From: Octopus bimaculoides
Taxonomy: Eukaryota
Assembly (NCBI RefSeq): GCF_001194135.2
Contig: NC_068990.1
Span: forward strand, 85,054,246 to 85,104,076
DNA: 49,831 nt
Direction: 5' to 3'
Made by a program: the position numbers and the translations under genes
Shown: positions 12,667 to 23,742 of the stretch, piece by piece
Layout of the letters: every line of letters begins with the position of its first letter
How positions within the stretch are numbered: position 1 is the first letter of the stretch
Notes under the pieces: model-generated
The model's database searches: none
What the model saw: the letters and a program-made list of their open reading frames with translations, nothing else
What the model was told of the DNA's origin: nothing

Positions 12667-12878
12667 AAATTTTGGCACAAGGCCAGAAATTTCGGGTAAG
12701 ACGATGAGTCGATTACATCGACCCCAGTGCTTGACTGGTACTTATCTTATTGATCCCCTCCGAGAGGATGAAAGGCAACGTCGACCTCAGCGGAATTTGA
12801 ACTCGGAACGTAAAGACGAACGAAATGCTGCTAAGCATTCTGTCCGGCGTGCTAACGATTCTGCCGGATCGTCGCCTT
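12667..12878 (-). mobile_element. SINE family A (tail variant ...ttgtgccaaaattt) with candidate 8-bp TSD aagcttct
   Basis: Reverse-complement copy of the family A head and core. aagcttct occurs at 12659-12666 and 12879-12886. Confidence 0.9.
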
Positions 12879-12896
12879 AAGCTTCTCTAATAATGA

Positions 12897-13099
12897 TTTC
12901 AAATTTTGGCACAAGGCCAGCAATTTCAGAGCAGGGGTAAGTCGATTTAGTCGACCCTAGGGCTTAACTTATTTTATCGACCTCGAAAGGATGATAGGCA
13001 AAGTCGACTGCGGTGGCATTCGAACTCAGAACGTAAAATCTGAAAAAATGCCGCTAAGCATCTCGCCCGGACTGTTAACTATTCTGCCAGCTTGCAGCC
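12897..13099 (-). mobile_element. SINE family A, second tandem copy
   Basis: Same head, core and tail variant, immediately adjacent to the 12667 copy. Confidence 0.88.
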
Positions 13100-13200
13100 G
13101 AACGGAACTTTTCTACTATTAAGTTGTTAAATAGACGTCATACCCAAACTTTGGGTGTGAGAATGTAGTCACTTCTATTGATCTTCATATTCAATTGAAA

Positions 13201-13300
13201 TTTTATTTTACCGATCGTTCAGCTCGGTGGAATTGAAAATCTGAACGTAAAAAGAAATAACTAAATACCGTTCGACGCTCTAAAGATTCTGTTAATCCAG
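13201..13300 (-). mobile_element. Highly decayed SINE family A fragment
   Basis: ctcggtggaattgaaaatctgaacgtaaa matches the reverse B-box region. Confidence 0.55.
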
Positions 13301-13406
13301 CATCCCAGGAATTTCTCATTTAGACACAAAACCAGAAATTTGTAGGAGCGGGCAAAAGTCAATGAAACCGATTCATATACTTCACTGACATTTTCGCTGA
13401 TCCCGG

Positions 13407-13557
13407 CAATGGTGTAGCTAGACTGTGTGCTACACAAGGCAGCCCTTGAGTTTGCGATTCCACCCGAGATTCCTAGTCTATATAGCAGACCCAAAGCTGC
13501 CACTCCCATTAAAACGTCTCGCGGAGCGGATGGCCCCTCTCCCTAGGTACGTTACTG
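13407..13557. mobile_element. 151-bp hAT-like MITE with 8-bp TSD
   Basis: Decayed TIRs caatggtgtagctag / ctaggtacgttactg (10/15). Flanks gatcccgg (13399-13406) and gatcctgg (13558-13565) match 7/8. Confidence 0.6.
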
Positions 13558-13577
13558 GATCCTGGAAAGATAAATGG

Positions 13578-13675
13578 CTAAGTTGGCCTCGGTGGAATTC
13601 GAACTCAGAACGTAAATAACCGAAAAATACCTCATGGCATTTTGTTTAACGCATTAACGATCCTGCTAATCTACT
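13578..13675 (-). mobile_element. Decayed SINE family A head fragment
   Basis: cctcggtggaattcgaactcagaacgtaaa...cattttgtttaacgcattaacgatcctgc. Confidence 0.7.
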
Positions 13676-14279
13676 CTAAGTTTGGTTTTAAAGACCGGTT
13701 CCACACCAGGAAATTTGATCCACTGTTCCTACTGGAGTAGTCTCTCTTCTTCGTTGTTTTAGATTTTAAACATTCATAACAAAAGTTTTGTCAGCTTATT
13801 GCTTGGATAATCTCTATTGATCAGCGATTTTCAGCTCACTTTATTACACACGTGAAATAGTAGTTTAGCAAATAGAACACTTCCCAAGGGTACTTTCCTC
13901 AACCATATTGTCAATAGTAACCAAATATTTTATTGACTCTCTTGGCGAAGACAACTCAAACTGTAGGCTGTAATAGGATACGAGTGAATGGTAGATCGAG
14001 TCAGATCAGATTGTAAATGGCCAAGTTTTTTCAGGGTTAAAGCCAAACATTAGAGTGACGAACGCACACGCAATTATGTTTAGTTATATAGACATCTGAA
14101 ATAAAAATTCTGTAACTGTCTAGCCATAATTGTAGAGGAGTTGGGCTTCCTCTGAGCTATTGAAATGATGTTTATTTCGCAAAGCATTCAGCTTTAAGTG
14201 CACTGCTTCGTATAGTAGAAACGGCTGTAAGCTAATGAAGATGATTACGTAACTCCTGTCCTCTTGTCACTCATTTTTT

Positions 14280-14530
14280 TTCATTGAGGCATCATCCAGT
14301 CAGGCTGATTGCCCGGGCCAGCCTGATTACCTCTCTCCATCACTCCCGATCTTCCATCAGTGTTTTTAGGTCTTCAATTTGGCATCCAATATCTTCTGCA
14401 AGCTGTTGTATATACGTTTTCCGTGGTCTTCTGGCCACTGCGGGACTATGATTTGGTGTCCACAGCAACTCATTACTCAATAGTCCTTCTTTACTTCCTC
14501 TAGACCGGAACATCTTCACCAAAGATGATT
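14280..14530 (-). pseudogene. 3' end of an RTE-like LINE (ORF2 C-terminus plus 3' end)
   Basis: ORF 14340-14522 reads LLSNELLWTPNHSPAVARRPRKTYIQQLAEDIGCQIEDLKTLMEDRE. This matches the LLW-P-HG---GRP--TYIQQL-ED-GC---DL---M-DRE C-terminus of RTE/RTEX-type ORF2. Confidence 0.85.
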
Positions 14531-14913
14531 TAATCCGTTCTAATGTTACAGATTACCATTTAAACAGTGATGAAGAATCTGATTCAAGAGAAGTTACTCG
14601 TTAGTGGCGTGTTCCAATACACCCCATTGATATGTTTCAACTTACAACACTGAGGTATGAAGGAACGTCTAGACTTAAGTCACAAAAATTACCATTTTCA
14701 GGAATCACTGAGAGCTGAAGTGGTTGCACATATTTATATCTATGATGTAGTAAGCTTATCAATATGTTGGCGGCGATACTGTAGCCTCCTTGCTGTTAAG
14801 TGTTAAGTCATATCTGGCGGATTTAACCGTCCACATCAACTAGTAAGAGATAACACCTAATGTGACGTATTACTGCATTCGGTACTCTCTTGTTGGTCAG
14901 TAAATTCATGGCG

Positions 14914-15302
14914 GTGGAGGTGCAATGGCCCAGTGGTTAGGGCAGCGGACTCGCGGTCATAGGATCGCAGTTTCGATTCCCAGACCGGGCGTTGTGAGTG
15001 TTTATTGAGCGAAAACACCTAAAAGCTCCACGAGGCTCCGGCAGGGGATGGTGGCGAACCCTGCTGTACTCTTCCACCACAACTTTCTCCCAGTCTTATT
15101 TCTTGTTTCTGTTGTGCCTGTAATTCAAAGGGTTAACCTTGTCACACTGTGTCACGCTGAATACCCCCGAGAACTACGTTAAAGGTACACGTGTCTGTGG
15201 AGTGCTCAGCCACTTGCACGTTACTTTCACGAGCAGGCTGTTCCGTTGATCGGATCAACTGGAACCCTCGACGTCGTAAGCGACGGAGTGCCAACAGCAA
15301 CA
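14914..15302 (+). mobile_element. tRNA-derived SINE family E, full length (~390 bp), 12-bp TSD
   Basis: A-box tggcccagtggt, B-box gtttcgattcc and (CAA)-type tail. TSD aaattcatggcg at 14902-14913 and 15303-15314. A second copy lies at 24672. Confidence 0.93.
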
Positions 15303-16111
15303 AAATTCATGGCGAAATTTTATGACTGTCTGGCTGTCTGCTTTTCGCTTTTCATAAGTTGTGTTTAGCTTAACCAAAGCTTGACTGATCACCAATCAAT
15401 AACTTTTGATTCTATATTTTTGCTAATATCAGTCAATAAATTTGATGCAAGGTTGTTCAGAACCATTGGTTTGTTTTTCATGACGTCATTACTAAAAACA
15501 AACTCAACAGAAGTTTTTACATATTGTTCCATTGGTCAGATTTTTGCTGACATCATTACCCAATTTGCCGAAACTTCAGATGTTGCTAAAGAAGGATTTT
15601 CCAGTTGATAGAAAAATCAACAGGCCTGCTGTTCGAATCAACATGCAGATCTGCAATACGAGTCACAGCAAACGATTCATTGATAACCAAAACAATTCTA
15701 CTACTTTACTACAAAACTTTATTATCTATATTTCAGATATTTTAATAAAAAAAGAAAAAGAAAAAGAATAGAAGAAAATAAAAAAGGCATTTCATCGAAA
15801 ATGCTAGTGCTAACACACTAAAACACATTCAGTGTTGCTTAAACTTGTGAAATTTTAAACTGTTATTCCAGTTACAAGAATTCGGTTTGAATGTTGAATT
15901 AAGATAAGCAAAATAAAACAAATAAAAAGAAAAAAGAAACGATCGGGGGTAAAAACGAAAGAAAAAAATACTAACAAAGACAAATTGGGCGAAAAAAAAA
16001 AGGAACTGGTTAACGCAAATGTCAGTGCACAGATTGTGTTTATATTTACATTCAGATGACTGTAAATGTGGGGGTAGCAGACATTATACGACGTGTGTTG
16101 TTGTTGCTTTG

Positions 16112-16158
16112 GTTCTTCTTCTTCTTCTTCTTCTTCTTCTTCTTCTTCTTCTTCTTCT
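16112..16158. repeat. (TTC)n microsatellite
   Basis: Trinucleotide array. Confidence 0.95.
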
Positions 16159-16403
16159 GTTTTGCTCTTGATTCTGAGTTCAATCTTAACTAGGATGGAA
16201 GTTTTCTTTACTTTTTCTTTCTTTTATTCATTCTTACGGTGTCGGTAATTACCGATTTAATAAACTCCGTTCTCTGTCTGCCTGCCCCCCTCTCTTTTCT
16301 TTCCCTTTCTGCATATATATACATATGCATATATCACTTCCACACATATTTATATCTATATCTATATAAATATACATACATATTTACATGCACACAAACA
16401 AAC

Positions 16404-16450
<47 letters not shown>

Positions 16451-17277
16451 NNNNNNNNNNNNNNNNNNNNNNNNNNNNNNNNNNNNNNNNNNNNNNNNNN
16501 NNNNNNNNNNNNNNNNNNNNNNNNNNNNNNNNNNNNNNNNNNNNNNNNNNNNNNNNNNNNNNNNNNNNNNNNNNNNNNNNNNNNNNNNNNNNNNNNNNNN
16601 NNNNNNNNNNNNNNNNNNNNNNNNNNNNNNNNNNNNNNNNNNNNNNNNNNNNNNNNNNNNNNNNNNNNNNNNNNNNNNNNNNNNNNNNNNNNNNNNNNNN
16701 NNNNNNNNNNNNNNNNNNNNNNNNNNNNNNNNNNNNNNNNNNNNNNNNNNNNNNNNNNNNNNNNNNNNNNNNNNNNNNNNNNNNNNNNNNNNNNNNNNNN
16801 NNNNNNNNNNNNNNNNNNNNNNNNNNNNNNNNNNNNNNNNNNNNNNNNNNNNNNNNNNNNNNNNNNNNNNNNNNNNNNNNNNNNNNNNNNNNNNNNNNNN
16901 NNNNNNNNNNNNNNNNNNNNNNNNNNNNNNNNNNNNNNNNNNNNNNNNNNNNNNNNNNNNNNNNNNNNNNNNNNNNNNNNNNNNNNNNNNNNNNNNNNNN
17001 NNNNNNNNNNNNNNNNNNNNNNNNNNNNNNNNNNNNNNNNNNNNNNNNNNNNNNNNNNNNNNNNNNNNNNNNNNNNNNNNNNNNNNNNNNNNNNNNNNNN
17101 NNNNNNNNNNNNNNNNNNNNNNNNNNNNNNNNNNNNNNNNNNNNNNNNNNNNNNNNNNNNNNNNNNNNNNNNNNNNNNNNNNNNNNNNNNNNNNNNNNNN
17201 NNNNNNNNNNNNNNNNNNNNNNNNNNNNNNNNNNNNNNNNNNNNNNNNNNNNNNNNNNNNNNNNNNNNNNNNNNNNN

Positions 17278-17586
17278 TTGGAAATCCGCCGGGCCAATGG
17301 TCTCCCTTCATGGCAGAATTAATAGTCAAGACTATTTAAGCATTTTATCTGATCAAATTCATCCTATGGTTGTGGAACTGTTTCCAGAGGGAAAAACAAT
17401 CTTTCAGGATGATAATGCACCAATTCACACAGCTAATGTTGTTAGTGAATGACACAAGGAATATTCTAGTGAAGTTGAACATCTTATCTGGCTACCACAG
17501 TCCCAAGATCTCAATATTATTGAACATTTATGGTGCATTTTAGAAAAACAAGTAAGGACTCCATATCCTGCATCATCATCACAACA
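17278..17586 (+). pseudogene. Tc1-type DDE transposase fragment (second Asp to Glu, D36E spacing)
   Basis: One frame reads ...GRINSQDYLSILSDQIHP...IFQDDNAPIHTANVVSE*HKEYSSEVEHLIWLPQSQDLNIIEHLWCILEKQVR. One nonsense codon (TGA, 17450-17452, at a Trp position). The 5' side is lost in a gap; the 3' side is cut at a SINE. Confidence 0.93.
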
Positions 17587-17686
17587 GTTGACCTCGGTAG
17601 AATTTGAATTCAGAACATAAGAACAGACGAAATGCCACTAAGCATTTTGCCCGGCGGGCTAACGATTCTGCCAGCTCGGCGCCTTA
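17587..17686 (-). mobile_element. SINE family A, head only
   Basis: Reverse complement reads aaggcgccgagctggcagaatcgttagcccgccgggc...tctgaattcaaattctaccgaggtcaac. Confidence 0.85.
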
Positions 17687-18074
17687 AAGAACAAAAATGC
17701 ATTAAAATTATTAATATATATTAAAAAATGTTTTTAAAATATTAATATGTAGTTTAAAAATATATTAAAGATATGAACGACCTCTCTAAAATCGTTTTGA
17801 CTGGTAGTCTTGTTAATGGCGCTGTTGATGGCAAAAGTAACAACAACAGTTGTTACTTTTCGTTGTACTTTGTACCATGCCAGTCTTGTTCTTCTTCTCC
17901 TCCTCCTCTTTCCTTGTATTGCTGTCCGTGACAGAGGGAAGGAAAGGGAAGTCTTCATCTATTACCATATTGGTAGGAGGGTTTGTTTTGTTTTTCCTCA
18001 ACTCTTTCAAGACGCGTTCCGCTATCTTGTTGAGTTTTATTGATTCCCTTAAATCTTAACGTTCACCGAATATA

Positions 18075-18256
18075 TTTGGTGGGCCGAAAATCGCCCCTCT
18101 GGGGGGTTACACAACCAATAATAGGTTCCGGGTGCTTCTATTTACAACTTGGAATAAAATAATTATTGCAAAATGACACTAATCCTGGTGTAATAAATAT
18201 TTTGAAGCGAACTTACTTGGAACGTTCGAAAACACGTCCGATGTGTTCCGCAACAA

Positions 18257-18330
<74 letters not shown>

Positions 18331-18381
18331 TAATATAAATAAAATGTCAAATGTTTGGGGCGCGACTTTTGGCCCACCCTG
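18075..18381. mobile_element. Tc1/mariner-type MITE (~300 bp) containing a (TAA)n expansion
   Basis: The right end reads TA|cagggtgggccaaaagtcgcgcccc on the - strand. The left end ggtgggccgaaaatcgcccc is a decayed match after TA. (TAA)n at ~18258-18328. Confidence 0.65.
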
Positions 18382-18792
18382 TATTTTTTGAAATAACAAT
18401 ATTCGTCTAGTAAGTAAAAATAGTTACATTATTTCAGAGACGAGATAAAAGGAAGACGCGATACCACACCGCCTACCATTATCACTACTACTAAAAACAC
18501 AAATAAACAACAATTAGCTACAACATCAAAAACATAGACAACAAAAATAGCTCGAAGATAAATAAAAACAACCAGCGTCCGCCACCGTCGCCCTCTTCCT
18601 CAAAAATAAAGAAAAATGCATTGAAATGACAAATGGTAACGTGAAGAGTTTGGACCTTGGAGCGGTTTCGGCGTGGGCCGAGGTGGGCAGCAGCAGTAGT
18701 AGTTAAAACTGTTAGTAAAATAACACCATTCGTTAACAGTTACTATTTTAAAGTTAAAGGGAGAGAGATAGAGGGAAAGAGAGGCAGGGAGA

Positions 18793-18830
<38 letters not shown>

Positions 18831-20132
18831 GAGAGAGAGAGGGAGAGAGAGGGGTGTTCAGACCAGATGTTAACTAACTCAAACTTACAGTAGGTTGCGG
18901 AAATAATGCTGCTCTACTGATATGTTCTATTTACANNNNNNNNNNNNNNNNNNNNNNNNNNNNNNNNNNNNNNNNNNNNNNNNNNNNNNNNNNNNNNNNN
19001 NNNNNNNNNNNNNNNNNNNNNNNNNNNNNNNNNNNNNNNNNNNNNNNNNNNNNNNNNNNNNNNNNNNNNNNNNNNNNNNNNNNNNNNNNNNNNNNNNNNN
19101 NNNNNNNNNNNNNNNNNNNNNNNNNNNNNNNNNNNNNNNNNNNNNNNNNNNNNNNNNNNNNNNNNNNNNNNNNNNNNNNNNNNNNNNNNNNNNNNNNNNN
19201 NNNNNNNNNNNNNNNNNNNNNNNNNNNNNNNNNNNNNNNNNNNNNNNNNNNNNNNNNNNNNNNNNNNNNNNNNNNNNNNNNNNNNNNNNNNNNNNNNNNN
19301 NNNNNNNNNNNNNNNNNNNNNNNNNNNNNNNNNNNNNNNNNNNNNNNNNNNNNNNNNNNNNNNNNNNNNNNNNNNNNNNNNNNNNNNNNNNNNNNNNNNN
19401 NNNNNNNNNNNNNNNNNNNNNNNNNNNNNNNNNNNNNNNNNNNNNNNNNNNNNNNNNNNNNNNNNNNNNNNNNNNNNNNNNNNNNNNNNNNNNNNNNNNN
19501 NNNNNNNNNNNNNNNNNNNNNNNNNNNNNNNNNNNNNNNNNNNNNNNNNNNNNNNNNNNNNNNNNNNNNNNNNNNNNNNNNNNNNNNNNNNNNNNNNNNN
19601 NNNNNNNNNNNNNNNNNNNNNNNNNNNNNNNNNNNNNNNNNNNNNNNNNNNNNNNNNNNNNNNNNNNNNNNNNNNNNNNNNNNNNNNNNNNNNNNNNNNN
19701 NNNNNNCACCACCGTCACCACCATCATCATCATCATCATCATCATCATCTACAGCTGCAGTGACGGTGACAGAAAGATGGATAGACAAGTAGATTTGCAC
19801 GGGAGTAGATATGCAGATAAAAGAAGTGTGAGAAGGAGAGAGAGGGAGAGAGAGAGAAAGAGGGAGAGAGAGAGAAAGAGAGAGAGAGAGAAAGATACAG
19901 AAAAAGCGAGAGAAAGTTTAGAATGCTGCTCTACATTCCGTGATGGATGGATGGTAACACGATTGTAGCGATAGTAGTGGTGGCCATGGTGGTGTTCTAC
20001 GTGGCAGTTGTTGGTGGTTGCTGTTGTTATTTGACCTTGATTGAGTAAACACTTGATGAAAAGCGCTCCTGTCATGACCGCCTCGCCTATCATTTTGACC
20101 TATTGTGAAGGCTCACATAATCAAATTCGCCC

Positions 20133-20197
20133 AAACTTTTGTTGAAGACAGTAGGATGAGGGAGATTTGGTTGCTATTTCTAGCAGGTCGGTGTGAC
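20133..20197 (-). mobile_element. Fragment of the (AAC)n-tailed repeat family
   Basis: gagggagatttggttgctatttctagcaggtcg is a close reverse-complement match to the family core. Confidence 0.7.
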
Positions 20198-20259
20198 GAA
20201 GTAGAAGACTGCGGTTGTGTTGGCGGCAATGGTGTTGCTGATGGCTGCAGTGGGTAATG

Positions 20260-20325
20260 GTGGTGGTGGTGGTGGTGGTGGGCAGTATGGTGGTGGGCAG
20301 TATGGTGGTGGGCAGTATGGTGGTA
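20260..20325. repeat. (GGT)n plus 15-bp unit gggcagtatggtggt x3
   Basis: Units at 20280-20294, 20295-20309 and 20310-20324. Confidence 0.9.
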
Positions 20326-20540
20326 GTAATGGCAGTGCAAGAATTATGCTGGTACCGGAATGAAAGAAAATGTCGAGAGACTTTTGAAATTCACTTTTAA
20401 TCTTTCTGTTGTTTGATAAATCTGTATTTCACGACATCCTTTAATATGGAACCATTTAAATGTCTATTCGTTAACTGCGTACGGAAACTGCAAAACTCGT
20501 TACCTCGTACGCATGCACTCAGTTACATCACCCATCCAGA

Positions 20541-20574
<34 letters not shown>

Positions 20575-20661
20575 CACATACAAGCGCACGTGTGTGTGTG
20601 CGTGTGTGTGTGTGTGTGTTTGTATATATATATTTGCATGTATGTAGATATACATGCATGC

Positions 20662-20700
<39 letters not shown>

Positions 20701-20860
20701 TGTATGTATGTATCTATTTATGTGTGTATGTATGTATGTGTGCATGTATGTATGTATGTATGTATGTATGTATGTATGTATGTATGTATGTATGTGTGTA
20801 TGTATGTATGAATGTATGCATGCATGTATGTATACATATATGTCTGTATGTATGTATATA
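20541..20860. repeat. Compound (AT)n/(GT)n/(TATG)n tract
   Basis: Directly visible. Confidence 0.92.
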
Positions 20861-21486
20861 TAATTCGAATAAGAAGACAAAGAAAGACTTTAACATGTCT
20901 TTGAAGATCAGTTACAATTGTTTCAAGCAAAAATTCAAAATGAAAATTTACGCAATATTTGTGGTTTTAAGGAGTAGAATGGCATTTCCTCAGACCAGCA
21001 TCAGTGATGCGCTCTTGGAATGTCGTTTTTATTTTAAAAGAAGATTAAAAAATAAGAACAAAAGATATACATTCAGATGGCTCAATACATGAGTGGAGAT
21101 AATTTTATTGTAAACCTTGTGTTGACTAGAACCTTAAGTTTCAATTCTTTCTTCATTCCGTTTACTTGAATAAACCGTTGGTAGGAACTTAAAAAAACGT
21201 TCATACATACATACATACATACGTACGTACGTACGTACGTACATTCGTACATATACCTACTCTAAAACTAACAGCGGTAACTGCCTGTGATTTCGTGATG
21301 TGAAAATTTCAAGTAGTTAGTTCATCAGGCATGTAATATTAAATATATATTAATCTTTGCGGTATCGAGTAGTATTCCTTTCGTTCGTTACGCATGTTTC
21401 TACTCTGCAGTCTTCCATATCTTGCTGCGCACACGTACCTTCCTCTCCATTATTTGTTTAAGATTATCATCTAAGCATTCAACATA

Positions 21487-21918
21487 CAGGTCGTCGTCGA
21501 CTTACGACCACAATTGGTTCCGAGTGACTGGTCGTAGGTCGGCCTATAAACTTACATTGCATTCTTAAGATACATTCTCAAGTAAAAGTCACGCACACCA
21601 TTCTGTATTATACTACAACAGTGTTATTTGTTCGAAGTCTCATAAAAAAAGTCGTCTAATAAACAAATACGAGGTTACCTCGATGTCTCCGCGACAGGAT
21701 ATTCATTCAATATTTGGGATAACAACAGTAGTGATCAAGACCAAACCAAGGGCAAGCGTTTGTTAGCTGGCGTCATCCGTAGACGGATTAATTTCTAAGA
21801 AATTAAGCCCATTAGATTTCAAGTGGACTATGTATTATTGCTGCCGGGATCTGGCGTGCCGATCGTTATTAGGTCGATCGGTCGTAAGTCGGATCGGTCG
21901 TAAGTCGACGACGATCTG
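21487..21918. mobile_element. 432-bp Tigger/pogo-like MITE
   Basis: 23-bp TIRs caggtcgtcgtcgacttacgacc (21487-21509) and its inverse (21896-21918) match 22/23. Left flank TA, right flank TG. CAG..TCGACTTACGAC is a Tigger-like terminus. Confidence 0.85.
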
Positions 21919-22570
21919 TGTTTTCCCTTTCTGTGCAGTTCTTGTTGCACTGTTACGTTAGATTGTTTTCCTTCGTTTATTTTCATCGTAAATGAAATGT
22001 CTAATGGCTTAATATCATCGAAAAATAATTAATTGTATTAAAAATTAACATATTTGAAAAAATTGTTGTATGGTAACATTATTTTTTTTCCTTATTCTGC
22101 TCTAGTCATTAGTCTAACCATACATTTTCTCCGATCCTTGTATTTCTCTCTTCCAGTCGCTAACACTCCATTGCATGTTTTTCTGTTTTGTGCCATACCT
22201 CTACTGTATCAATGCCTATTAATACTCCCTGTCGCTACGAAGATGGTGGTTCCATCCTAAGGTGTCAAAACTATCAGAATGTCTAGCAAGAAAAGACGAC
22301 ATTTTGTAAGTTTTGTTTGTTCGGTATGTAATGCATTGCCGACGCACACAGCTAGATTTTCTTACCGCCCCCCCCCCCCACACGACTGAACCGTTGGTAG
22401 TCTAAGTGATGCAATCGTAAGTTAGATCCCAGAAATAGAACGTAAATAGAAACACAGAAACCCTACCAAACGTGTAGAATGCTTCGTATGTACGTATTTA
22501 TCNNNNNNNNNNNNNNNNNNNNNNNNNNNNNNNNNNNNNNNNNNNNNNNNNNNNNNNNNNNNNNNNNNNN

Positions 22571-22715
22571 CATCTACATGTGTATATACATGCATATCAG
22601 GGTACAGGACGTTAGAACAATAAACTACAGACAACGGAACGAACACATAGGAAAACGGAAAGCCCCTTGGAATATCCCTTCATCAGCTGTCTCTATTCTA
22701 TCTAGACGTTACAAA
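22571..22715 (-). mobile_element. Interspersed repeat shared with 34790-34945
   Basis: catctacatgtgtatatacatgcatatcagggtacaggac matches the reverse complement of gtcctgtacccagatatgcacctatatatacaggtagatg. It is contiguous with the hammerhead-like repeat copy at 22720. Confidence 0.6.
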
Positions 22716-22719
22716 TAAT

Positions 22720-22862
22720 AACAACAGACGATGACAGGTGGTGTAAATAACAAAAGTATATATTAGTATGACGCTCGGGAATACGGAAAGTCTTTGACGT
22801 TTCGAGCTACGCTCTTCAACGGAAAGAATACGGAGACAAGGAGAAAAACACGGAGAAAAAAA
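22720..22862 (-). mobile_element. Penelope-pLTR-like repeat family P, copy 1 (hammerhead-like core 22791-22827)
   Basis: Homologous to 43650-43800 and 45880-46030 (gaagagcgtag(g)ctcgaaacgt...ccgagcgt.a.actaata). Confidence 0.7.
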
Positions 22863-22870
22863 ATTGATTG

Positions 22871-22907
<37 letters not shown>

Positions 22908-23233
22908 GAACAATATGCCAGCAGAGAGGGTGTCACAGTATAGAGGAGTGTAAAATTAGACATGTTCTTCACAAGTGTCATCTGAAAAAAAATCTTTTAC
23001 TATTCACGAAACCTAAACACATGATTCTGTTGTGAAATACTTCAAATTCCCTCATTGTCATCAATCCCTTGTAAACGTCTTCAAAACATAAAAACCATTG
23101 ATAAAATTTCCCTAAATATTTTAATGACTGTCACGAGACACTATACAAATTATTCTTTAATTTCACCTGAATTTTGTTATGTACGCACACACACACGTGT
23201 GTGTGTGTGTGTGTTTGTGTGTCTGTGTGAGTG

Positions 23234-23276
<43 letters not shown>

Positions 23277-23363
23277 NNNNNNNNNNNNNNNNNNNNNNNN
23301 NNNNNNNNNNNNNNNNNNNNNNNNNNNNNNNNNNNNNNNNNNNNNNNNNNNNNNNNNNNNNNN

Positions 23364-23453
23364 TCTTCTTCTTCTTCTTCTTCTTCTTCTTCTTCTTCTT
23401 CTTCTTCTTCTTCTTCTTCTTCTTCTTCTTCTTCTTCTTCTTCTTCTTCTTCT
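23364..23453. repeat. (TTC)n microsatellite
   Basis: Perfect array next to a gap. Confidence 0.97.
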
Positions 23454-23742
23454 AGTTAAAACCACACAGGTTTTACATAGAGTCATAAAGAACCAACGAA
23501 GTATCTTCGTTGTAGTAAATCGATTTATTAAAAACAACAACTAAATTTCTCTCATATCGCGCTGCCGTCACCGAAATAAGATGCAAGTTAGATAATAGAG
23601 CACTGGATGCACGGCAGCAATGAAAACTACGGGATGGTCAGCAATGGAAGGTGTTTGATTCATATGTTTGAACTATCATTACTAATCTAAATAATAACGG
23701 TAGCTACAGTTTCAATAACAACAAGAACATCATCAACAACAA

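Noticed and set aside
18883-18892. - strand splice donor (act|gtaagt) near a purine-rich tract
   Set aside because: A lone hexamer; the upstream sequence runs into a gap and no exon can be defined.
22665-22715. Second hammerhead candidate (- strand gtaacgtc...cagctgatgaaggg)
   Set aside because: CUGAUGA is present, but there is no GAAA and no formable helix I or II in any permutation.
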